Of a DNA stretch of 64,000 bases, positions 35,495 through 49,198 are shown piece by piece; positions within the stretch are counted from its first letter, which is position 1, and the number at the start of each line of letters is the position of its first letter. Under the pieces are notes generated by a model. That model was not told where the DNA came from, did no database searches, and saw nothing but the letters and a program-made list of their open reading frames with translations. The DNA is from Azolla caroliniana (Eukaryota; Plantae; Polypodiophyta), in NCBI GenBank assembly GCA_043228905.1, contig JBHGNT010000004.1, positions 9,920,001 to 9,984,000 of the forward strand, read 5' to 3'. The translations under genes were made by a program, and so were the position numbers.

Positions 35495-38400
35495 TTAATC
35501 TTCCTCCAAAATGGCTCAGATGTTTGGCTCTGCTACAGTGTCCACGTCCGGAGGCGACGTAGGGCTCGTAGGTGCATTGTGGTGTGGTTCCCATGTTTGG
35601 TCGAGAGGGCTTCTCCTGGTGTCACGGTTGTCTTGTGTGGGCGGTCCGGGTACGATGGGCTCTTCTTGGGCTAGTGGGTTGGGCTCAGCCGTCGTCGTGC
35701 TTGCGGTCAGTCGCGGCTCTGTCTCAACCGTCACTTCCTCCGTGGTGTCGACCGTCGTTGTATGCTCCGGGGAGTGGGGTTGCGGTTCCGCTTGGTTCGC
35801 AACGTTCTCCGTGTGGTCGGCCGATAGCGTGGGCTTCTGTAGATGGGGTTCCTCTTGGGCAGCGGTTTTGTTGTCTGGTAATGTGGGGGACTCCGCTCGT
35901 CGTTTCGCGCTGTTCACTGTCGTTGTAATTTCTGGTGACCTGGCCTGAGGTTCCTCGTCTTCAGTAGTGCCCGGAATTGGCGTCGCGATGGATTCCTCAT
36001 TTGTTCGCTTGCGGCCGGCTTGTGTGATCTGGTGAAATAGCTCCTCCTGGCTTTCATCAAAATCATCTAAGAGTGCGCGAGTTCTTCGGAATGTTGGTCC
36101 GCGAGTGCGCGATAGTCTTGCACTAGGTCCTCGCGTACTGCTGCAATGCTCTCCTCATTGAGTTTATAGAAACCTCGGCCGTCTTTTCGCCGGTTCTCCC
36201 AGTCCACACGATATGCGTGCAATTCCGCTTCTTGGGTTGCCCATGCCATCCATCCTTTGTCTAGCGCTATCATGACGATTTTCGGCTACGGTGTGAAATC
36301 GAGTGAGACAAATAAACCAAGGATGTGCAACATTGCACATACACTTAGCAAATAAGCCTCCAAAGGCCTAGTGGCACTTGAGTTCATACAGAGGGGTGCA
36401 AGCAAGGTTTGAACCTTGCACCTCTAAGGTGCAAGATAATTGCCTTACCACTAGGACAACTATCATATAGTGTAGATTTTATGTATTTACTTTTTATATA
36501 CGAATTATAGATGAAACAACCATAGAAAACCATGTGCACAAAACCATGGTTCTAAACCCATAGTTTGTGCATGACATAAGCAAAACCATGTGCACAAAAC
36601 CATGGTTTTAGCCCATGGTTTTGTGCATGTCACAAGCATGGAAAGACCTATAAAAGCCTCTAGTTGGGCTTGTGTAAGGGGGGCTCAATATGTGATATCA
36701 CCAACACCATTATCATCAATAATATTTGTCTTTATCTTCTTCATATTTTTCTGCTTCTCAAGTGTACAATCTTTCTTCTTCTCAAGTAAACCAATTTCAT
36801 CTAATCTTACATTGATCGTCATCTCTTCGATAATTCTGCAAACTTCCTCCCCAGTCCAAGACCCCGGTGGTCGCTCGAGTAGCACACGCACATGCGAATC
36901 TTCGCGACAACGTTGTTTTCAATTGCGTTGTTAACCTCTCCCGGTCTGTTTGTAGAAGGATACGCACGTTGTCTGTGATGGCCTGGCAACGGTTGCGTGC
37001 TTCTTCCACCAACTTCTTGGGGTTTGTAATTTCTTGTTGACTAATCGTCACCACTTCTTCGTACGTGGTCTTCAGGCCCGCCCACAGCTGGGATTCCTTT
37101 GCATGGAGTTCTTCTAATTTCCCCATTTCATTGCTTAGGCGGATTTCGAGTTGATGCCTTCTTTCCTGTTCACCCACCAGTTGCTCGTCGAACCATACCT
37201 TCTTTTTCTCCAATAAGGTCTAGAGTCCCGCGATTGCCGCCTCCAATTTCTTCGCTTCCTCCCATAATTGGGCGTTTTCGTCTTTTGTCCGGATGTGCTG
37301 TGATGCCTCCGCAACAAGTTTCTCTTCAAGGGTTTTTACTGTCTTCCGGCAGTTAGCCCGGATCTCCTTTTCCGTGTCTGAGGATTGGTGCAGTTCACCT
37401 CGAACGCGGTCAATTTCTGATTCCGCTAGTTGTACGACCCTTTTTGCTTTTGAGGCAATGGTGGTCTGAGCCTCAATCTCTTCCTTCAAGGCGTCGATGG
37501 CGTGGTTTGGTGGTGGAGTTGCCTGTTGCACTGTAGTCGTGTTAGTTTCCAACTCCGCGATGCGTTCGTTGGCTTTTTGCAGCTCGTCTTGGGTTAGTTT
37601 CACCTTCTTCCAGACATTCTTATTTTTAATGGCCATCTCCTTGGCGTTTGTGCTGACCTTTGCCAATTCCCTATGGACTTCCACTAGGGCCGTGTTTAAT
37701 GGGGGTAGCTCCATCCCCACTCGGCGTATACCGACGTTCCTCTGTCTGCCGGCTCTGGCTAGCCGGTCCTCATCATCGCTCTCCGACGTTTGTATTAGGG
37801 CGCGCTCGATCATCTGGTGCTCCGCGTGCTCCTCGGCCATTCGTTGTGAGGCCTTTATCTGTTGCGTTGCTAGGAATTCCATCAGCTCAAAAGAGGTGTC
37901 GTACTGCAAGAGGGCGCTGAACTCATGGGCTGTGTCCAGGATATTTGGATATGCCAAAACCTCGCTTTCCACCGTCAATACGGCTTTCCCTCATTGTGAC
38001 TGGGCCGTAATGATCGGTCGTGGCTCCCGGATGATTTCGAAGGTGGTGTTGGGCTCCGTAGCTGCGGAGCTATCGCCTTCGGTCATTGCCTCTACCGTCG
38101 TGGGGACGTCCTTGACTAATCCTTGCCCATCTTTCCTATCCAACCTTCATCATTTCAGTCTAGGGCTATCCTGCCGTGTTTCGGCGTCTGGCTTTGGAGC
38201 TGCTTCCGCGGAGTGCGCCGCCTATTCTTCCTGCGTTGTCCGTGTGTCTGGCTGCACGGGTAGGGGTTCCTCTTCCCACTCTGTGGCAACTAACTCCGCT
38301 AACCTGCGTTTCGCGGATCAGGGCGGAGGCGTGGGTCTGCTGGGCTCCGGTGTCGGCAAGCGTCGGGGTGGGAACAACACCGTCAGGTACTGTTGTATGA

Positions 38401-39100
38401 TCGGCCTGAGCTTCTTGCCTCCTTGATACGCATGCAGGCCTTCCCTTAACGTCGGTCCCGTGATGACCCCCCAATCGACCACACGCCCTTCAAAGGTATC
38501 AATAATGATTCTGCTTGGGCATCCCATATGCGTTGACGTGTACGCAACCGACCTCTAATAGGAACTTGGCGACTTCACGGAAGAAGGGATCCGGGATCTG
38601 CTTCATTCTATAGGCCTTGGCAGAGGAGGAATATGGGTCAAAATATCTCTGCAACGCCTTTGCAGGAGGGATTTCGAAATGCCTCTCGCCTAGTGATGAC
38701 AGGTCCAACTTTTTTCCGGATGGAAGAGTTAGTGACCGTGTCGATATTAAGTTTTCTGGCGATGTCCATCGCATCCGGGTGTGGAAGTGCCTCTGCGACC
38801 CGGATGTACCCATCAAGGCGTTTCTCCACGAGCCATCGGCATAAGGTGCTAGAGATAAAGATCGACATCGCCAGAGTAGGCTCGTGGGGAGGATACTGGT
38901 GGTTGCGGTGGGCTGGAGCTTTGTGAGAGGATGGAGGAGAAGGTGAGGGAGGGGAGTGATGAGAGCGCTGAGAGTTAGAAGGTGGGTTTTTGTTCTGTGC
39001 AGAAGATCTTCTATTTTCTTCTTTTTGTGGCCTAGGGTTCATTGGGCGGTGAGCCATCGTGGTGAAGCGTGTTCTTGATCTAGGATTTTGTGCATGCATT
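35495..39100 (-). pseudogene. Element B extra ORF: globular N-terminal domain, coiled coil, P/T/E-rich tail
   Basis: Fragments 38638, 38499, 38318 (GRVVDWG), 37220, 36797, 36067 and 35516 on the pol strand; ends EPNI*AILEED*. Confidence 0.78.
36268..36909 (+). mobile_element. Solo LTR of a W-related family inserted in the element B extra ORF
   Basis: Start TATCATGACGATTTTCGGC..GTGTGAAA resembles the W start TGTCGTGAAGATTTTCGGC..GTGTGAAA; ends ATCTTCGCGACA; flanks GCGC/ACGT. Confidence 0.85.
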
Positions 39101-40586
39101 CAGTCCTTTTTCTTTAATAGCGTTGCTATCTTCTCTTTTTCTTTTTCTTTTTTCGTAACGGTTTCATACATCCTATTTGTGCATTATGATACAAGTGGGG
39201 CCGTCCACTTACGCCGCGGGTTCTCCGGCTTTGTCCTGTCCGGCGGTGAATGGGTTAGGTGGCGTACGCCCCAGGTAAGGTTTAAGGCGGAACCCATTCA
39301 CTTTTTGTCATAAGACTTCCCCGGCCAGTGTGCCTTGTTCCGCTCCTATTATCCAGTACGGGCCTGTCCAGCGGAATCGTAACTTCCCTAGCATATGGCC
39401 CATGCGGGTTTGGAAAACCAGTACCGCTCGACCGACCACGAAATCCTTTTCCCGTGCGTTCCGATGTCGATCCACAAACGCTTTACGTCGTGGCTATTCC
39501 TGCTCCAACACAGCCATACTGTGTACACGTTTTTCGCCAAGTTCGAGTAGCTGGTGGAGCCGTACCTCCTCCGACTTGGCTTCTGATAGTCGGTCCCGTA
39601 CCTGAATCCATAAACTGGGTATCTAAAACTCTACCGGCATCACGACCTCCAGCCCAAACACTAGTCGAAACGGTGTTGACTGTATGCTTGTTTTGTAACT
39701 GGTTTTGTATGCCCATAACACACTCTATAATTTGGGGTCCCAATCCGTTCTATTTTCATTGACGATTTTCTTTAAGATGTTCTGCAACGTCTTGTTGGTG
39801 GATTCCGCTAACCATTCGCCTGTGGGTAATATGGCGTACTTTTCTTGTGGACTACGGCGTAATGATGCGTTAGTTCTCGAACGACCGTATTGAGAAAGTG
39901 GCTCCCTTGGTCACTAATAAGCTCAATCGGACAGCCGAACCGACACCAGATGTGTTCGTAAAGGAATCTCGTTGTGACGGCCGCCGTATTCTCCTGTAGT
40001 GCCTTTGCTTCTACCCACTTGGTGCAGTAATCCGTGGCTACAAATATGTATTTATTGCCCGTACGGGCCGCTTCCAGTGTGAAGGGGCCCACAAAATCCA
40101 ATCCCCACTTTTGGAAGGGATCTAACGGTAATACGGGCTGGTGAGGCATCCTTGCACCCTCCGTGGGTTGGCCCATCCATTGACACAAATCACACTTCCT
40201 GCAATACTCGTATGCATCCTTCTGTGTAGTCGGCCACCATAGGCCTGCTTGCCGTATTTTCTGGGCCGTAACATCGCCCATGTAATGGCCACCTGTCATA
40301 CCGCAGTGAGCCTCCCGTAAGACTTCTTCTTTCTCATCCTGACGTACCCCGCGTCGCCAAATGCCATCACTTCCTTTGTGATATAAAATTCATTCTACCA
40401 AGCAGAAGTTACGGCTTCGGACGACTAATCGTTTCTTCTCGTCCGTGCATAATTGTGGTGGAGGCAGTCCCATAGTCAAAAAGTAAGCCACCAGTCCGGA
40501 AAGGTCGATTCCGTTCTTTCTGCTAGTGTTGCTACCCGCAAAATGTCGGTGTCCGGAAAGTCGTCATCATCCTTTTGTACTGTTTC

Positions 40587-40995
40587 TCGACGCCACGACG
40601 ATGGTATGGGATGTCAATCGAGGCTCAAGTCCGTCTCGATCCATTCGCTTGGGGGTGGTATGTCACGGGCATGACCATATAATATCTTGTAACAATTATC
40701 ATCTTATTTTTCTTGGTGATTTAGCCTTTTGCATTGCAAAACCAAAGGTGGTTGTCACATTGTCATCGATGATTCATTACGCCATATTATCATTTGCATT
40801 TGATTCCCTTAAATTCTACTAAGAAGAAAATAATGGTGATGATTTTATTTAATTTGATCTTTAATGTCCTTGGTGATTTAGTCTTTTGAGTAGTGAAACC
40901 ATAGATGGCTGTCATCAATTATTCATGATGCCACATTGTCTTTTGCATTGATTCCCGTAAAACCCACTAGAAGAAGAAGATGATGACGACGAAGC
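40587..40995 (+). mobile_element. Foreign insert in B pol: PPT and LTR start of another retroelement, with an internal ~150-bp duplication
   Basis: GGGGGTGGTA|TGTCACGG near 40651-40668; CTTGGTGATTTAG...AGAAGAA twice; host frame SRLSSKE|TVQKDDDDFPD is interrupted. Confidence 0.6.
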
Positions 40996-41184
40996 TCCTT
41001 TGATGAGAGTCTGCTCAAAAAATCTGCCATTGCATGTTGCGTCCCCGGGCAATGCTGAATTACAAAATCGAATTCTTGAAGCAGCAACATCCATCGCGCC
41101 AATTTCCCCGTCAGGGCTTGTTTCTCCACCAAATACAGCAGTGCCGAATGATCCACGTGGAACGTGAATTTCCTCCCTAGTAAA

Positions 41185-41323
41185 TAATGCCGGAATTTAT
41201 TGGTGCTATAGATCATCCCTAGTGCCTCCCACTCCATTGCGGAATAGTTACGCTAATGTCGGAATTTATTGATGTTATAGATCATCCCTAGCGCCTCCCT
41301 CTCCGTTGTGGAATAGTTACGCT
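41185..41323. repeat. Tandem duplication of about 69 bp inside B RNase H
   Basis: RNYS..E.EALGMIY..NKFRH is encoded twice. Confidence 0.9.
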
Positions 41324-43447
41324 CTGCTGTTGATAATTTGCGGCTAGCGTAGTACACTGGCCGGTACCAATTTGGTTCGGTGAGTTGCATTAGCGCACTC
41401 CCTATTGCTATGTCCGAGGCGTCTACGAACACATGGAATTGCTTCGCCCAAACTGGTGGTTGTACGATGGGGGCCTGTGTGAGCATTATCTTAAGCGCCT
41501 CATAGGCCTTGTCCTCCGTTGCGGTCCATTGGAAGGGAGTCCAATGCACGGCAGCATGTAACAGCATGGCGAAGTTCGCCAAGTATCATATCATCCAACT
41601 ATGCCATCGTATTTGTCCTAATAATTGGTTGAGTGATTTCGCGTTTGTCAGAGTTTTGGCTTGCGTAATCGCAAAGATCTGGTTCGGATCGACCTCTATT
41701 CCATCCTTGCTGACTATATGGCCTAGGAGGGTCCCGTTGGTCACGCCGAAGGCACATTTCGCGAGATTCAGGTTTAAGCGTGCGGTGCGGCAATGTTCCA
41801 TGCACAGTCGCAGATGTGTAAAATGGTCGATTGTTTTCCCATATACCGCAAAGTCTTCTAAAAAAACTTGCATGAACGACGGAATATATTCCCCAAATAT
41901 CTCCGTAATTGTCCGTTGAAATGTTGTCGGCGCCGTCTTTAGCCCGAACATCATGACGACTGCCACATAGACTCCCCAATCCGTGACAAATGTTGTCTTC
42001 TCTTGGTCATCTGGATGCATGCGTATCTAGTTATACCCACTGAAGCCATCTAAAAAATTGTACATCTCATGTCCTGCGACGGCGTCTAGTACGCTATCAG
42101 TGAATGGTAACGGGAATGCGTTCGTAATGGTTACGACGTTTAATTTTCGGTAATCCACGCACGCATACACGTATTTTGCCATTTTTCTTTGAAACGACTA
42201 CTGTCGGACTTAACCATGTGGCTTGCTTAGACGGCCGTATGAATCCCGCTTTTAGGAGTTTGTCAATTTCTTCTTTTACGCGGGTCGCGTAGTTCGGGTT
42301 CATGCGGTAGCGGCGTTGTTGGACGGGTTTTGTGTCGGTTGCTAAATTGATTTTATGTTGATAGAACTTCGGATCTAACTCCTTCATGTCCTCGTGAGCC
42401 CAGGCGAACACATCTTCATATTTCTTGAGTAGTTCGATCATTGTGTCTCTCTGGTCCGACCTTAATTCCATTGCGATGGAGAGAAAACGGGGTTCTGACT
42501 CCATACCCACGTTTACTTCTTCCAGGGCGGAGGCGGTGACTCACCGTGAAATTTCCATTTCCCTCTCAAATGCTGCCCGAGCTCTGCTTAGTTCCAATAT
42601 GGACTCCAGGTTTGGTTCGTAAGCCTCGTCGTGGAGAATAGTGGTCGTGGCATATTCTGCCGCGGTTGCGATGACGTTGATTTCGAACAGTGGAATGATC
42701 CGAGGGTGCTCGTCTAGGTATGCCTCTAATTCTGCATCCTCCACCCTAGCCAACATATTTATATCTTCTGCGTATAATGGTGTTATACCCTTGGATTGTG
42801 TTGTGCTTGCCTCCGTAGGTATGTGAACCTTAGTGCGTCCGTGTCGGAAACTGATACACTTGTGTTGCCAGCTCTGCTTGATGTTTGTTGTCTGAAGCCA
42901 CGGTCTGCCCAGCAGCACAGGGTATGCCCCTGGGGCGTCCAGGGTGAGGACTACCGCCGAGATGTCGGAGCGATGTCCGCCCACTATAATGCCTATCTTG
43001 CGTATCAACCCCAATGGTCGTACTAAGCGGGTATCTGCCATATGGAGCCAGAATGGGCAAGCCTCCCATTCTGAAATGCCTAATTGCTCGCATGTTTTCG
43101 CGCTAATCACATTAACGCCCGAGCCACCATCTATTACGCATCCTGGGATTTCTTGTCCGTGTAATATCAATGTAATAGCCGGGTTGTGGTGATCCACTAC
43201 AGGCGGTCCGTCGCTAACGTCCGTAAGGTTCATAGTGACGCTCACCCCGGGGATGCCCGTCACCCGTTCTTCCATGGTCTAGCGGAAACGTGGGACTAGC
43301 TACAGCAGCTTCTCCATGGTTAATGTTATCTCGCAGCCCGCTAACGCTTGCCAAATGGGGTTCGGGGCCGGTCCTTCGTCCTCCACTCGCTCCATCGTAT
43401 TCGCGAACTCCTTCTGCATGCGCTCTGTATTTTTCGCGTTTGCTTTT

Positions 43448-43808
43448 TGTTGAGCGGCAAGCTCAACCGGATCCGGATCGGCTGAATAAGCCTGAGCCGG
43501 TAAGTGAGATGAATCGGTATGCCGGTGAGCAACCGAGGCGGTAAGCAGTAAGGACCGGTGAGCTGGGGAGCTGGTATGCCGGATCCAATCCGTAACCGAA
43601 AGCCTAGTATAGGTTAGACTACTAGGCAGTTATAGTCTCGTAGTTGTGTCAGATGCTCGTGTGAGCATTGAAGTACACCGTACTTCTAACAGTCCCGTGT
43701 GGACTTGTATAAATAGCATTGATGAGCGCGTTGTAGATACAGAGCACAAAGTATTCATATAATTTTGGAAAATAGTGTGTCTTGCTCTCTCTCTCTCTCT
43801 GTGTCTCT

Positions 43809-43875
<67 letters not shown>

Positions 43876-44858
43876 TGTATTGTTCTTTCTAACGCTTCCG
43901 CAAGCAATCTTTTACATGGTATTAGAGCGCGTGGGTTGAGAACCTCTGCTGCAGACATCTATGCTTGTGAAGGAAACCCTAACAGATCGGAAAGCAGACA
44001 CAAAAGGAGAAATGGACAGAGGTATGGCTACGTCACTCCCGGTGGAGAAGCTCGACAGATCCAACTACGCATCTTGGTCATACAAGATGCACCAGTACCT
44101 GCTTGGGCATGGCTACTGGAGTTATGTCGGCGGAGTGAACGACTCGGCACCAGAGACGACACACAAGGACTTCCTAATGTGGGAACAAGCAGCAAGCAGG
44201 GTGATGTACTGCTTCGCGTCCAGTGTCGATGACCAGCTGCTCAGCCATATCCGTGACGCCAAGACACCGAAGGATGCTTGGGGAAACTTGAAAAAGGTCC
44301 GCAAGCACCACTGCCCGGAAGTTGCAACTCAGATAGGAGTTGAGCAATGTTCGACAGAAGAACATGTCGGTGGCAGATTACACAGCCCGGATCAAAGGGA
44401 TCTGTGACTCGCTTGCCTCTATTAACGTCACCGTAGAGGAAGACGAGATGGTGCAGGTCTATGTTGGAGGCCTGGCGTCCAAGTTCGGAGCTTTCCGGAC
44501 TACGGTTAGTACAAGGGAGAATACGCCCTCATTTTTCGACTTATAGTCGATGCTCCTTGTAGAGGAGAACCACGCCGGTGCATCTACCAGTGCATCCCCA
44601 AACAGCCAGATGTTGTACACGGGAGCGGATCGGTCCCATGGGCGTGGTGGACGAGGCAAGTCGGCACGCAATGGAGGCGGCTGGCAAGAGCAAGAACGAA
44701 GGCACAGTGAGCGTGCCAACAGCAGTTCCGGGACTTCCACAAGCAGAGGGAGTCAAGGTGGTGCCGGAGGCCGGCAAGACAAATCCGCTACGGAATGCTG
44801 GTACTGTGGCAAAAAGGGCCACGGGGAAAGCGAGTGCTAGAGAAAGCGTGCCGATTCG
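43448..44858 (+). mobile_element. 5' fragment of a Ty1/copia element: LTR 43448-43916, iMet PBS, gag
   Basis: TG...CA LTR with (CT)n; PBS TGGTATTAGAGC at 43917; EKLDRSNYASWSYKM, AKTPKDAWGNLK, CWYCGKKGHGESEC; truncated at ~44858. Confidence 0.9.
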
Positions 44859-47800
44859 AACAATCTGTCTCTATTATCACTTCCGTCCCGACCAAGTAAT
44901 CTTTGTCTGTCTTCACTGCCGACACAATACCTTTGCTGAGAACCTTTGCTCCGAACCGGATGGCATACGGCGCATTATCTTCTCCTTCTTGGTTGATTGT
45001 TACCGATTAGGAACACGGTCTATGGTCAATCCTTCGACCTAGACCTCCAAGTGACTGTGAAACAACAAACGGTGGCGTCTGTGCGTAATACGTAGGGGAA
45101 TGTTCCCCGTAACCTAGCATCGTATAAGGGAGACGGCTACAACCGAACTCCTCAACAGTGACTACACACTCACGTGGCTTACTTCTACACTCTCAAGTAT
45201 TACATGCACACACTAGATTAGCCGTAGTTATACACAAGTATCAGAGAAGATAGAATTCTATTACGATACGCTTCTTTACATTCCAAAATTACATGCTACC
45301 TCTATCAGAGGTTTTCTGCCCTTTATATACGCAGGGGCTTTTAGCCCTTCACACTTCCTGCGTGAACCGTTACATGCGTTACAATCTTATATTATTTCCT
45401 ATTCCTATGCTCTTGTCCGTCGGTTACTATTCCGGAGGACAACATTGATGACCCATCCGATTCCGGTTGGGCTCGTATCTACAGTCACATAAATCGGCTT
45501 CCCTTCGGTATAGTCGGCCTTTCTAAGTGCTGGAGCTTCAAGAAGTAGTTTCTTCAATCTTCGCATCACGTTTGTGTGATCGTCTCGCCATTCGAACTTC
45601 ATTCTTTTCTTTAGCAATCCATATAAAGGCTCGGCGACATGGGCGTACTACGGAATCCATATATGATAAAATGTGCATGCTCCAAGGAACCTTTGAACCT
45701 TCGTTTGGTTTACACATTCTTCTTTCATATCCTAGATCGCATTCACCTTGGATGACGAAGGCTTCCGTTTGTATGCTCCGCACAAGTGACCTACCACCAA
45801 GATCTCTGGTTGCCCGAATGCGGATTTTTCTCTCAAAAATGTCAAATTCACATCTTCGAGCCTTTGGAGCACCTTCTCACAATCTTTCATATGATCCGTG
45901 AGTAACTTTCTACACCCTTCCTTATCTTTCGATTCATCTTTCTCCTCATCCGAACATCCTTTTATCGGAATATCATCCAAGAACGGCATCGTGATGTTCG
46001 GGATGCAATCCTTCAAGACCTTTTTCATGGCATTCACCATATGAGCCACCAAGTTCGTTGCACCTTGAGGTAAGGTACACATCCGCACAAGCCCGATCGG
46101 AGTCCTGATGGTTGTAATGTCATGACTGTCGATCGCCAACTGGAATTGGTCGTATCCAGAGTAGAGATCGCCAATGCATTAGATGGACTGCCCCGCAAAC
46201 ACTTCGGCAAATTCGTCCACGCTTGGACCGATTCCAGCATTCCGAATTGTCACCTTGTTGACGGGTTGAAGATCTTGGATGAATCACAATGATCCATTCT
46301 TCTTCAGCACCGTGAACCACCTATTAGAATATGGAGCATTCGACGGTTCCAGAATTCCCATATTCACCTTCTCCTTTAAGAGCTCAATCAGCTTCGGTAG
46401 GTGTGCTCTCGAAAACGGTATTGGTTTCAAATTCCAAGGTACGTGTGGCACCGTGAAGATCACCATCAGCTCTATCGTCCTTGGATCAGCACATTCGATT
46501 TCTTGTGGGAAAAATGTGAAAGCCTTCCCATGTCTCTCAAGCATGTTGCGAAACATTCGCTCTTCTTCAGGGAGGAGGAAATCCTCCCTTCCAACTCATA
46601 GCTTTCTCTTCCGCTCTTCGGTGAAGATATGACCTATTGTCTTCGGATCTCTTAAGCTTGGATCGTTAGCAACTTCCTTCATCTTTTGCCAGCTATCTTC
46701 TGGTAGCGGAACTGCAACGGGCTTGATCTTCTTATCCACCGTTTTATATTTTGTGTTGACTTCAGCTTCCTTCATCAAGATACCACGATGGTATTCATCG
46801 ATGATAGCGTACATGTTGATGGAGCTAACCGAAATCACGCGATGATCGTATAGATAGCTCAAGTCCACGACTTCCTCGATTTCGCCGATGGTGTCATTAA
46901 ATGAGGCTTCTTCCATAATATGAGTCACGATCTCTTCTTCTTCTATTATGTTTTCTTCTTTCAGCATCTTCTTGAAATCTTGTATCCAATGCTTGTCCTT
47001 CTTGTTGGGTAGTACTAGTTTACATGCACCACTAGGTATGACACATGTTGCTTCTCCTCGCAATCCACACGCTCTACTTTCTTGTGGGGACTTGTGATTG
47101 CTCGGACTATTTGTGCCCCATGCTTCAATAGTCCACTCTAAAAATACGAGGATTCGCCTCCTAGACTATCTCGATTTCTTTCATGATTAGCTCGCACCAT
47201 TAGGAATTGAGCAGATCTTTGATTGTCAAAACTCTTGATTCGCGCGAAGGCTGCTCCATTATCGAACACCTTGGTCTCTATCCGGGATGGTGTAATATAC
47301 GGTTGTCCTAGGATGACAGGATGCGACACCGATTCTTGCACGAAGAAGTGTTGATCCATCTCCACATCCCTGATCGTGACTTTAACATTGGGACAAGCTC
47401 CATACAAGTCCTCTGTAGACTTTGTTGCCGCTCGAATCTTCCCTCCGTGGTTTGTATTGATTGGCCATCTTCCTTTTTTGTAGAACTCGGTTGACATGAG
47501 GTTGATCTCCGAGCCATGGTCGATCAAGGCTACCACGGTCTCTTTCTTCTCCCCGATCTTCACCGACGTCTCCGTTGTCGCTCATGCCCAATGAGGTCGA
47601 GTATAGTGGTTATCCACCATATCTTCATCGACTTCGTCTCTTGCCATCGTTATTCAAGTCTGTTACTTGCTCTATGTCCGACCTTAGCTTATAGGTAGGC
47701 ATAGTCCTTGTCTTTCAAGCGGGGTCTTCAACACCAATCTTCACGGGCCTAACCGTTTCTTCGATTCGTTTGCTCGACTCCGCTTTTCGGCTAGCATCTC

Positions 47801-49180
47801 CTTCCTCCATTTGTAAAGATCGACTCGTTTTTGCATCTTCTTTCTTTTTCGCGTTCCTTGTTTCATGTCTTTTTGATGGGCCTTGCTCATCTATTCTTTT
47901 TCTCTTTTCTTCAACGAACACCTCATGGTTGTCGCACATCACTTCCGCGAGTATGGAGTTGTCATCCACCGGATCCGCAAGCTCTACCTCGTTCGATGTG
48001 ACCTTCCCCCATCTTCTCATACGCGAGAACGGAAGACCAAAACTTTGCTCCCACTTTTGCAGCTTCATTTTTGTCTTTCCCAACTCTTATTCCGGCCGTT
48101 GCAGCATAGTGCATCGCATCCACATGAGTTGCCTCAACATCTTCCATAGATGTCTTCATTCCCCCTCTTCCGAAATTCACCCGTAGGGGTCTTCGAGTTT
48201 CAGTCGAGCAAATCATGTTGTCATCTATGTATACGATATTTTGTTGGATTGCCTCTCGAAGGCTCGCGCAATCCCTTCTCATGTGGTCCATGCTATCGCA
48301 CCACACGCATCTAAAGGTTTATTTTCCTTTGGGGCCGCGACGATTCATGTTGGCTAGCGTGGCCATCTTGAACTTCTTCGCTAGCTCTTCGATGATGTCA
48401 TCATCAATCTTCTTTTCTTCCGGGCTGCTTTGTTTGGGCAGCTCAACTACTTTTGGTTGTCTTGTTTTCTCCGCGATAGTCGATCCCGCCAAGTCGGTGT
48501 CATCAATCCACTAACGACGCTTGTCGAGCCTATTGCATGCTCGCTTCACCACAACCCAATCCACTACAAGCCTGTTTGCTTGGGTATCATCTTCGAGGAG
48601 AGTACCCAGTTCTCGTCTATCCTTTATATCCATAGCCTTTAGGAAGTACAAAGTTTTGTCCTCCTCAAGTAGCACTTGGTCTGTGGCAGGGAGACGACGA
48701 AACATTTGGTCGAATTCGTCGTACACCCTCGAGGCGCCCATCTTCTTATTGTTCTTTTCTATCCACTTCATCAAGGCATGTCGAGTCATCCTCGACAAAT
48801 CTTCCGTTGCGAACTCCGCTAATATCGCTTTCTCGAACTCCCACCAATTTGTCTTCCCTTCTTGAAGCTCGATGACGCGCCTTTGGATGTTGTTGGCGAC
48901 CACTCTCTTGAAACTCGTGATTTGACGCGCTTCGGACACGTCCCTTTGATTCATCTCCCTTCTATATGCATCAAGGAACTTCGTAATGTTCTTTCCATCA
49001 AATTGACCCTCGAGCTCAACGACACGGTCAACAGCCTTCTCCATGCTCGCATCGTTGTCTCAAGATCTCATCATTTGTTCGACGATCAGCATCATCCTTT
49101 CGAACTCTCCCGCTTGGTTGCTTGAGGATGCCATCTCCAAGTATCGGTTGATCCTCGATTTGATCCTTCCTACCGCCTCT

Positions 49181-49198
49181 TTAACGTCGGGTTCACCA
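49181..49198 (-). promoter_or_regulatory. PBS of element W, complementary to the tRNA-Trp 3' end
   Basis: TGGTGAACCCGACG 8 nt inside the 5' LTR; plus strand reads ...ACGTCGGGTTCACCA, as recalled for plant cytosolic tRNA-Trp. Confidence 0.8.

Larger units (their letters stand above)
35029..45444 (-). mobile_element. Element B (relative of A): gag end, protease, RT, RNase H, integrase, extra ORF; LTRs 35029-35447 and 44998-45444
   Basis: TSD TTGAT at 35024-35028 and 45445-45449; VIDGGSGVNVI, WLSPTVVV, LDGFSGY, MFGLKTAP, FVDASDIAIG, KWGLDFVGP; PBS and gag start are missing. Confidence 0.9.

Noticed and set aside
37497-38426. 309-aa plus-strand ORF
   Set aside because: Antisense shadow of the coiled-coil extra ORF with no recognisable motifs
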